Of a stretch of DNA of 53,586 nt, positions 46,859 to 53,586 are shown one piece after another. Both the position numbers and the translations under genes were made by a program. Numbering within the stretch: the stretch's first letter is position 1; the number at the start of each line of letters is the position of its first letter. The notes under the pieces were generated by a model. It had not been told where the DNA came from and searched no databases. It saw only the letters and a list, made by a program, of their open reading frames with translations. Source of the stretch: a virus (lineage: Duplodnaviria; Caudoviricetes); the IMG/VR virus record IMGVR_UViG_3300007735_000754, positions 1 to 53,586 of that record, one strand, 5' to 3'.

Positions 46859-47183
46859 TGGTGTTCTCCTTGAACAAGTTGTAAATGGCTTCAAGATGCC
46901 CGTTGCTCTCCGCGCCGTGTTCTATGCGGCAGTCGATCTCATTGAGGATGCGTGCCGTTTGCAGCCTTGCCTCGTCGCGCTCTTCCATCATGCGGCGCAT
47001 CTCATTGCAGATGCATGAGTAGTCACGGCGCAGCCGCTCAATCTCCTTGATGGCACACTCAATGTCGTAAGCGGAAGTCGCAGGGGAGGCAAAGATGTCT
47101 GCAATCCCGCCGACCTCCCTAATGGTTGTAGCGATCTGCTGAAGGCGGGGGATGGGGTCGAACTTGGGGGTGGTGTCAGTCAT
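46851..47183 (-). CDS. Hypothetical early protein (EIERLR...ERDEAR)
   Basis: Starts and ends in the junction motif. Confidence 0.7.
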   Translation of the reverse strand: MTDTTPKFDPIPRLQQIATTIREVGGIADIFASPATSAYDIECAIKEIERLRRDYSCICNEMRRMMEERDEARLQTARILNEIDCRIEHGAESNGHLEAIYNLFKENTNG

Positions 47184-47194
47184 TGGTGTTCTCC

Positions 47195-47524
47195 TTATCG
47201 AAGCAATCCACCGGAGGGTCCAGTAGTGCTATTGGTGAATCCGTTATAAATGCGAGATGATTCATTGTCATCACGCCTTGGTCTGTTGGACCGCCGTGGC
47301 TTTGGCTGATTGGGATCATTCACAGGAGTATCCCTTTGTGAAGATGATCTTTCCTCTTGCCTATAACGATTCCTGTATCCATTGTCATCACAGCCAACAA
47401 CAATCAGGGATGCTGCCATTCCCACGATCAAGAAAGGAATCGCAAGATCGTGCAGCAATTTGCTGCGGTTGAGATCCTTGCGCTGCCGTGGGGTCATTCG
47501 GTTGGTGTCGTATTCAGCGGGCAT
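47195..47524 (-). CDS. Membrane protein / possible lipoprotein
   Basis: Hydrophobic LAIPFLIVGMAASLIVVGC. Starts at the junction motif. Confidence 0.6.
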   Translation of the reverse strand: MPAEYDTNRMTPRQRKDLNRSKLLHDLAIPFLIVGMAASLIVVGCDDNGYRNRYRQEERSSSQRDTPVNDPNQPKPRRSNRPRRDDNESSRIYNGFTNSTTGPSGGLLR

Positions 47525-47897
47525 TAGTGTTCTCCTTGAAAAGGTCAATCTTTTGTGGGACTGCCTTGCGAGTGTTTTCCGTAATTTCGTTCACGGTGTC
47601 CTTGATCTGTCTAGCAATGGCATCATGCTTCTCGGCTGACCAAGGTTCGTTGGTGTTCTCCTTGTAGCAGTCCCATCCCATTTCCTCTGCGATGCTTTCC
47701 GTGGTGTTCTTTTCTCCAAGATTCTCCGTGATCTCCTGGAACGCAATGCAGTAGAGCCGCCTTGCTTCATCCCGCTCCTTACGCAGCCGTTCGATCTCCG
47801 CATACGCCTCACCAATGTCCCGCAGAACATCCGCAGGGAGATCGGTGCGCTTGGTATGGCAGCGTAGGCGGTAATCTATGGGCTGGTAGTCGGGCAT
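47514..47897 (-). CDS. Hypothetical early protein (EIERLRKERDEARR)
   Basis: Shares a segment with 46851..47183 and contains two KENTN junction copies. Confidence 0.65.
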   Translation of the reverse strand: MPDYQPIDYRLRCHTKRTDLPADVLRDIGEAYAEIERLRKERDEARRLYCIAFQEITENLGEKNTTESIAEEMGWDCYKENTNEPWSAEKHDAIARQIKDTVNEITENTRKAVPQKIDLFKENTNAR

Positions 47898-47898
47898 A

Positions 47899-48168
47899 TC
47901 AGTTCTTCCATTCAATCGCAGAGGTTCCCTGAAGGTGGATACTACGGCCATCAGAAGTGGTCAGGGCAACACCAGTTCTGTCAATGTACCAAATTTGGCA
48001 ATTTTCATACACGGCGGTTGGAGTGGTTACCGTAGCCGTTTTGTTTACGTGCCAGTCCCACTTTATCATGCAGAACACTAGCACGATGAACAATACAGAC
48101 AGAATAATCCACCAGTAATCATCAAGGATGATGAAGCAGGCCTTTACCAGTGCTGAGAGTTCTTTCAT
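47899..48168 (-). CDS. Small membrane protein
   Basis: TM WWIILSVLFIVLVFCMI. Promoter TTGACT-N16-TATACT at 48205-48178. Confidence 0.6.
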   Translation of the reverse strand: MKELSALVKACFIILDDYWWIILSVLFIVLVFCMIKWDWHVNKTATVTTPTAVYENCQIWYIDRTGVALTTSDGRSIHLQGTSAIEWKN

Positions 48169-48197
48169 TATGGTCATAGTATACCACACAAAACGAA

Positions 48198-48365
48198 TCA
48201 GTCAACCTTGTCCTTGATGGATTCCAACAGAGCCTTGATGCGATTCTCGCAAAAGGTCGTGTAGATCATCGGGTAGTCTTCGGGATCTTTGTAAGGATTA
48301 TCTTTTTTCCACTCCTCAAAGAATACGGTAGCCATCGCTTCCAACAGGAGTTCTTTGTCTTTCAT
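48198..48365 (-). CDS. Small protein, 55 aa (not in ORF track)
   Basis: MKDKELLLEAMATVFFEEW...KDKVD*, 2 nt after the upstream stop, with GAGGA RBS. Confidence 0.6.
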   Translation of the reverse strand: MKDKELLLEAMATVFFEEWKKDNPYKDPEDYPMIYTTFCENRIKALLESIKDKVD

Positions 48366-48367
48366 AA

Positions 48368-48769
48368 TCAAAGTTCCTCGTACTTCTTCTCAATGACGCT
48401 TGCAATCTTTTTAAAAGAATCTCCATCATCGTTCATTGAGACAAGATCGATCTCACAGTAAAGATCAGTCTCTAGATCTCCATTTCTGCTACGCATCCCA
48501 GCCCACTTTTTAACTGCAACAGGAAGAATCTCCGCTTCTTTCGTAGATCCATAGGCGACAATGCATCCGTCACCATCATCATAAATTCTTTTAACCGTCA
48601 AAGCCTTCTTCTTCTTTCGCTTGCATTCCTGCTGATACATATCAGTCAGGACGCCCAAGCAGCAATGCTTTGTGCCTTTAGTGGTAACTTCACACAGAGT
48701 ACCGTTGCCCTGCTTGTACTTGCCGGAACGAAGAGCCTTGACCCAACGAGTTGCAATGTCCTTCTTCAT
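48368..48769 (-). CDS. Widespread phage hypothetical protein (WV.ALRSG.Y.QG..CCLGV..ND.G.SF..IA type)
   Basis: Recognisable motif set. Confidence 0.75.
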   Translation of the reverse strand: MKKDIATRWVKALRSGKYKQGNGTLCEVTTKGTKHCCLGVLTDMYQQECKRKKKKALTVKRIYDDGDGCIVAYGSTKEAEILPVAVKKWAGMRSRNGDLETDLYCEIDLVSMNDDGDSFKKIASVIEKKYEEL

Positions 48770-48774
48770 GTGTA

Positions 48775-48957
48775 TTACTTTCCAAAAGTGATGGTAATCT
48801 TCTCAGCCAACTGAACGCACAGCATCATCATCATGAATGCCGTCCCGAGGAACATGACGGTGACGGCAACATCAACGAGGAAGCCCAACACACCCTGTTC
48901 GGGAAAGAGGCTGAGGGTCTTGGTGACGGTCTTGGTGTTCTTTTTCTTGGTAGCCAT
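48775..48957 (-). CDS. Small membrane protein
   Basis: Basic N-terminus followed by a long hydrophobic segment. Confidence 0.6.
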   Translation of the reverse strand: MATKKKNTKTVTKTLSLFPEQGVLGFLVDVAVTVMFLGTAFMMMMLCVQLAEKITITFGK

Positions 48958-48959
48958 GT

Positions 48960-49190
48960 TTATTTCTTTTCTGAATGTTTGATAAAGTCGGTTTCGTGCT
49001 TGAGGAGATCATCTTCAACCACACAGATGTTATGCGAGATCTTATCCAACGCATCTTGAATCTCAATCTGCGAGATGGTTCCATCTCCGACATCATTGCA
49101 CAAAAGATCAATCTGTTCAATGACGATGGAAAGTTTTTCCATTGCTTTGAAGAAACGCTTGGGGCTCTTGGTCTTGGTTTTGGTAGCCAT
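48960..49190 (-). CDS. Hypothetical early protein
   Basis: AGGA RBS and tight operon packing. Confidence 0.6.
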   Translation of the reverse strand: MATKTKTKSPKRFFKAMEKLSIVIEQIDLLCNDVGDGTISQIEIQDALDKISHNICVVEDDLLKHETDFIKHSEKK

Positions 49191-49205
49191 GATTTTTCCT
49201 ATGAA

Positions 49206-49418
49206 TTAGTGGTCAAAGTCGGCGAGGGGAAGATCCATATCATCCTCATCAACGTAATCTGCATAATCGGCGATGGTTTCACCGAGTGCCTTGAGTCGGC
49301 GATTCTCCCACACGGGGCAGGACGAGCTATTCCACTCCCACAGCAAACCGCGCATAGCATTGATTTTATCATTGAGGCGAGCGATTTCGGCCTTGAGGGT
49401 TTCGATCTCGTTTTCCAT
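49206..49418 (-). CDS. Hypothetical early protein with acidic tail
   Basis: ATG 6 nt after TTGATT-N17-TATCAT. Confidence 0.65.
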   Translation of the reverse strand: MENEIETLKAEIARLNDKINAMRGLLWEWNSSSCPVWENRRLKALGETIADYADYVDEDDMDLPLADFDH

Positions 49419-49474
49419 ACGCATATGATACCACAAAGAACCCGAGGAATCAATAAATAAAGAGGAAGAAACAC

Positions 49475-49666
49475 ATGAAAACTTTCATTCATTTTATCAA
49501 CGAAGAACACGACAAGGTATGGAAGGCCAAGGTAAAGGTCACAAAGGACGGAAAGACCACAGAAGTCGCTGTGGAGTCATCTGAGAACATCCGCAAGGCC
49601 GTACACGCAAAGGTAGCCCAACTGAGCAAGGATGGCTACAAACTTGATGGTGTAGATTACGATTGA
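49475..49666 (+). CDS. Putative internal head protein (CTS MKTFIHFINE)
   Basis: CTS-like start, AATAAATA and GAGGA upstream. Confidence 0.7.
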   Translation: MKTFIHFINEEHDKVWKAKVKVTKDGKTTEVAVESSENIRKAVHAKVAQLSKDGYKLDGVDYD

Positions 49667-49688
49667 TAAATAACAAGGAATAAAATTT

Positions 49689-50045
49689 ATGCAAAATTTC
49701 AGAGAACTAAAAGGTCTAATCGAAGCAGCAGAAGCAGTAATGGGATATGCCCTACCCGGCGAACCTCCAATTGGCCCACCGCCCCCACCAGACACAGGCC
49801 CAAAGCAACCTCCTATTGAAATTCCTCCGATTAAGAATCCAAAGTTTAAGTCTTCATCGAGATCCAATCAAAAATCTTATCCATCGGGAGATTTGGCTTC
49901 TTCCAAACAAAAGAATGAGCCCGAAGTAGATCTTCCTGATTGGGTAGAATACTTCAGACCCGGCAAAAACACAGGTCCACGGGATGGCTACAACCCATAC
50001 CCAAAGATCGACCTTCCGGGAATATTCGGTCACGGAATTAAGTAA
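49689..50045 (+). CDS. Pro-rich putative internal head protein (MQNFRELKGLIE)
   Basis: CTS-like start and GATAAATA upstream. Confidence 0.6.
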   Translation: MQNFRELKGLIEAAEAVMGYALPGEPPIGPPPPPDTGPKQPPIEIPPIKNPKFKSSSRSNQKSYPSGDLASSKQKNEPEVDLPDWVEYFRPGKNTGPRDGYNPYPKIDLPGIFGHGIK

Positions 50046-50048
50046 AAA

Positions 50049-50375
50049 TTAATTCGCTGGGCCAATTCGTTTCCAATCGACAAGGTTTTCGCCAAATTCC
50101 ATTTTCATTCTCTTCTTGAATGTTTTTGCCTCCATCTTGGTGGCAGTTATGGTCATTTCGACAAAATTTCCATAGTCAGAATATTGCACAGAAGAATACC
50201 AATGGGTACTCACAATAGGACTGACTTCAGCCATTGGTCCTTGAATTGTGCATTTGTACTGAAACATCTTGCTGTCATTGAAAAGAGTAAGACAAGGATT
50301 GATGCCATTCTTTGTGGCATGGGTATATGGAAGTTTACTATTGAAAAAAAGTGTATAGTTGTTAATATTTGACAT
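50049..50375 (-). CDS. Hypothetical protein
   Basis: Fills the gap between + strand genes. ATG start. Confidence 0.5.
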   Translation of the reverse strand: MSNINNYTLFFNSKLPYTHATKNGINPCLTLFNDSKMFQYKCTIQGPMAEVSPIVSTHWYSSVQYSDYGNFVEMTITATKMEAKTFKKRMKMEFGENLVDWKRIGPAN

Positions 50376-50398
50376 TTTGTGTTAGAATAAATATTATT

Positions 50399-50731
50399 AT
50401 GAAAAGTTTCAAAGATTATCTGTTAGAGGGAATTAAGAAAGCCATCAGAAGCAAGAACCCCGAGGCATACCGCAAGGAATTGCTGCGACAGGGTGTAAGA
50501 GGGGCAGACCCAAGAACAGATGCGCCATACAACGGGAAAGATCGTGGGTCGCTTGGCGACAACATGATTAAATTGGCGATTGAGGCAGAAAACGAAGGAA
50601 TGGGGCTGGGGCTGTACAATAAGGGAGATTATAAGGCAACACTAGATGCTTTGTCAAGTGTAGCAGGAAAAGCACAGACTCAGAAGTTAAACGCATTGGC
50701 CCGTAACAAGAGAAACGCAAAGAAGAAATAA
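50399..50731 (+). CDS. Putative internal head protein (CTS MKSFKDYLLE)
   Basis: ATG 5 nt after AATAAATA. Confidence 0.7.
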   Translation: MKSFKDYLLEGIKKAIRSKNPEAYRKELLRQGVRGADPRTDAPYNGKDRGSLGDNMIKLAIEAENEGMGLGLYNKGDYKATLDALSSVAGKAQTQKLNALARNKRNAKKK

Positions 50732-50732
50732 T

Positions 50733-51452
50733 ATGAAAAGATTCAAGGAATATCTATTTGAAAATGTTTTAGATATGCCAGCAGTTCGTAAACTGTTGCA
50801 TGGCACCAAAGTTCTTGGACCCGATGGGACTCCTGCCAGAGTATTTCATGGAACTAGCGCAGCAAAAGAATTTAAAAAATTTGCATTAACTAAAGATTTT
50901 GGATATCACTTTGCAGAAGATCCAAAATTAGCTGCAGCAGCACTCCGAAGTAGAGTAGGCGGTCGGACACAAGCGGGGGGTGGAAGGACCATTCCCACTT
51001 ACTTGGCGATCAAAAACCCGGCTCCGTTTGATGAAATCACCAAAGAAGACATTACCGATTCTCCGGGAGGTTGGAAATTTGCCGATGTGGTCAAAAAGAT
51101 GGCAGACAGAGGAATCTTTTCCATCACACCCAACCCACATGAATTTGATGAACCAACAGAACCCGGACAAATCGTAGGTCCCCCAAAGAAGAGAAAAATT
51201 GGAAGAATTGACAAAGATCAAAGAGAATATGTGGGACAAGTTGCTGATGAAATAAGACAAGCAACTAAAGGAAAAAAATTATCTGTAATGAAAAGAAATC
51301 AACTCATGTTGAAAAGATTGGTAGGTGACTTAAGGGGATTGGGTTATGACGGTGGTGTTTATGATAATAAATTTGAAGGCAAAGGTAAGACATGGGTAGC
51401 ATTTGATCCCAAACAGATAATCAATTCCATAACCGGAAGGCAGATGGGATAA
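50733..51452 (+). CDS. ADP-ribosyltransferase-fold protein of the polyvalent-protein (ART-PolyVal) type, with CTS
   Basis: VFHGT, GYHFAEDP..A, YL.IKNP, GYDG..Y.N and WVAFDP.QI. N-terminal MKRFKEYLFE. Confidence 0.7.
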   Translation: MKRFKEYLFENVLDMPAVRKLLHGTKVLGPDGTPARVFHGTSAAKEFKKFALTKDFGYHFAEDPKLAAAALRSRVGGRTQAGGGRTIPTYLAIKNPAPFDEITKEDITDSPGGWKFADVVKKMADRGIFSITPNPHEFDEPTEPGQIVGPPKKRKIGRIDKDQREYVGQVADEIRQATKGKKLSVMKRNQLMLKRLVGDLRGLGYDGGVYDNKFEGKGKTWVAFDPKQIINSITGRQMG

Positions 51453-51457
51453 GAACC

Positions 51458-52201
51458 ATGAAAAGATTCAAGGAATTTCTCAGCGAAGCAAGAAGATCCC
51501 TTGAGGGAACGCATGCCCTGAACAAAGTATACGACGAACGCCCATTCTTTGGAGAAGTTTCCGCCAAGATGCCCAAACTTTCAGAAACGGAGAGAAGACT
51601 TCTTGATGCGTACACACAGAAGGCATTACCCCTCAACAGAGAACTGAGACAGGCAGCAGTATGGGAGACATCAAGAAACAGAGGAAATATTCCATCCCCG
51701 GAGCAAGTTCTAGCAAGAATGAGAGACAGCAAAGAACTTACAAGGGACTTGGATGATCTTATCCAGCAGAAGGGAATGGTGCTTGCAAGACCATTCACCA
51801 CATACCGCGGAGTAACCAACCCGGAAAATCCCGAATTCTCCGATAATCTCATACGCGGAATTCAACATGGATTCCTTTCAACGGGAGTCTCACCGAGGGC
51901 ATCTGCATCGCTTCCAACCAGCGAAGTTCTTTCAATACACGACTGGGAGCGCAGAAGGCCAAAATTGTTAAAAATAAATGTACCCACAGGAACTAGGTTC
52001 TTGCCCAATCCCCAGACACGAAGTTCAAGGTTCAGAGGAGAGAATGAAATTATATTTCCAAGGGGAATGCATCTTGATACCGAAATGTCACCAGAGTCTC
52101 TATTGAAGTTCTATGGAGTAGGTGGAAAATCAGGAATGGAGAATTTTCACTATTCCATGCCCGTACATAGATCAAGAATATCCCATAGAGGCCACTCATG
52201 A
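51458..52201 (+). CDS. R-S-E clade (VIP2/Alt-like) ADP-ribosyltransferase with CTS
   Basis: YT....LN..LR, TYRGV, GFLSTG, L.I.VP.G and ENEIIFPRG. N-terminal MKRFKEFLSE. Confidence 0.8.
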   Translation: MKRFKEFLSEARRSLEGTHALNKVYDERPFFGEVSAKMPKLSETERRLLDAYTQKALPLNRELRQAAVWETSRNRGNIPSPEQVLARMRDSKELTRDLDDLIQQKGMVLARPFTTYRGVTNPENPEFSDNLIRGIQHGFLSTGVSPRASASLPTSEVLSIHDWERRRPKLLKINVPTGTRFLPNPQTRSSRFRGENEIIFPRGMHLDTEMSPESLLKFYGVGGKSGMENFHYSMPVHRSRISHRGHS

Positions 52202-52800
52202 AAAGTTTCAAACAATTTCTTTTAGAGGGACAGGCGGAAGTCGATGCGGCGATCAAAGCAACTGAGGACGCGCACAACAGAGAGCGTAAAATTTGGTATG
52301 CCCGGGGAAGATTAGAAACCATGATCGCAGATGCTACCGACAAAAATAATGTGTCTGACAGTGAATATTCTAGATTGAATCGAAAGGCACACCAAAAGGT
52401 ACAGCAAAGAGTCAATCCCATGTTAAAGAAAACTTTTACAAATTTATCCCCTGAAGATAGAATGCAATTTCTTCTATCCCCACGTTCATCAAATTCCGAG
52501 TGGGCAGAATTTCATGACAAATACTCTCCCGGTGGTGCAGCAGGACAAACCATGTATGATAAAATAAAACAGGATCGTCAAGTTGAAATGTTCCCATTAA
52601 AAGATTTAAGGGATGCGGAGGACATGCTTTCAGTTATTCGAAGTAAAAAAATAGATCGCAGTTTCCATCCGAAAGATCGCAACTTAACAAAGTCACCCAT
52701 AACGCAAGATAGAGGGGATAATAGAATCAAGGGAGGAACTTTCCATGAGAGAAAGAAAATGAGAACAGAACGGAATAAGAGAAAGTCCTCAAAGAAATAA
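52198..52800 (+). CDS. Putative internal head protein (CTS MKSFKQFLLE)
   Basis: ATGA-coupled to the ART gene. Confidence 0.7.
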   Translation: MKSFKQFLLEGQAEVDAAIKATEDAHNRERKIWYARGRLETMIADATDKNNVSDSEYSRLNRKAHQKVQQRVNPMLKKTFTNLSPEDRMQFLLSPRSSNSEWAEFHDKYSPGGAAGQTMYDKIKQDRQVEMFPLKDLRDAEDMLSVIRSKKIDRSFHPKDRNLTKSPITQDRGDNRIKGGTFHERKKMRTERNKRKSSKK

Positions 52801-52825
52801 AGAAATATTCACTTGTCAAAGAAAG

Positions 52826-52858
52826 AAACCCTTCTAGGAACAAACTAGAGGGGTTTTT
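52826..52858 (+). terminator. Intrinsic terminator
   Basis: AAACCCTTCTAG-loop-CTAGAGGGGTTT stem running into a T tract. Confidence 0.75.
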
Positions 52859-53346
52859 AATTAGGTAGAGGCAGAGGTTGCCCAATAGTTGGGGCTAAGG
52901 ATAGAGGGGGGTACGGGGGAGGGGTAAAGGGGGAGAAGAAAGATGGGAGAGGGGGTAAAGAAATTTTAGAGAAATTTTGAGGGATTGGGGTTACAAAACT
53001 TTCTCAAACACTCTTTTATACGCCTCATTAGCGCACACAGAGGTATCTCAGAGCCCTCCGAACGCAAAAAAGGTCTCCCAGCACCTTTTAGACCCTCCGA
53101 GGCCCTATAAACGATTTGTACTATACAATCCCAATACAAAATTTAACAAAATTTGTGAATCCTGTCCACTGACCCCCTCAATGACCCCCTCTAAGAGCCC
53201 CTATAAGAGTGACTATGAACAATGTCAATACAATTCTGTCCATATTGTTCTGAATCCTGTCCATAAGCGTCCCTCTAGCCAATCTATCGAAGACTCTGTT
53301 GTACTTACTGTTCACACGGATGAAAGATTGTCTGAGGTGCATACTT

Positions 53347-53547
53347 TTAATTGTTTTTAGTGATACTGAACGTGCCATTGGTGTAAATTTTAATATCCTT
53401 TGAGAGAAAGTGCTTGACTTGGCCACCGTCCTTCAGAGTGACGCACCAGACGTCGTCATCGAAGGTACCGCTATCGCGCACGTAGATAGCCATACCGTCT
53501 CCCAGGGGGGTCACTACGGGTATTGGCTGGGTGAATTCATGAATCAT
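53347..53547 (-). CDS. Small phage hypothetical protein (P.PV.TPLG.G.A type)
   Basis: Coding-like ORF with a recurrent phage motif. Confidence 0.65.
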   Translation of the reverse strand: MIHEFTQPIPVVTPLGDGMAIYVRDSGTFDDDVWCVTLKDGGQVKHFLSKDIKIYTNGTFSITKNN

Positions 53548-53586
53548 TCTGGATACCGTCCCCGTTATTATGGGACACGCGCTGAT

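Noticed and set aside
52977-53426. ORFs 52977..53360 (+) and 53178..53426 (-)
   Set aside because: No convincing RBS, promoter or motif, and they run through the short-repeat zone. A shorter minus ORF from about 53342 cannot be excluded.
1-53586. Stop-codon reassignment
   Set aside because: Core genes translate full-length in the standard bacterial code and no suppressor tRNA was seen.

Overview
Segment of a large T4-like (myovirus-type) phage genome. Left: tail-fibre/structural genes (collagen-like fibre, three tandem paralogous beta-rich proteins), dUTPase and an inverted three-gene putative lysis cassette. 10-21 kb: T4-type replication/nucleotide block (gp43 polymerase, UvsX, gp41 helicase, gp61 primase, ThyX, class II NrdJ, RuvC-like, HNH). 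22-53 kb: + strand late genes behind T4-type TAAATA promoters, interleaved with - strand small early genes behind near-consensus sigma70 promoters that appear to give leaderless mRNAs. Highlights: (1) a circularly permuted two-piece tmRNA gene (tag ANELAMAA, 97-nt structured intervening segment) near tRNA-Tyr, -Asn and -Gly; (2) a large set of unrelated late proteins carrying T4 IP-like capsid-targeting N-termini (MKxFKxFLxE), including two different classes of ADP-ribosyltransferase in tandem; (3) a second, gap-free 31-aa heptad leader ending at E31, shared by four other late proteins; (4) a VPAPG-type PEP-CTERM protein, hinting at a Planctomycetota (Phycisphaerae) host; (5) a higher-GC early array joined by a repeated 16-nt RBS-start junction. 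All calls come from reading the sequence by eye; no searches were run.
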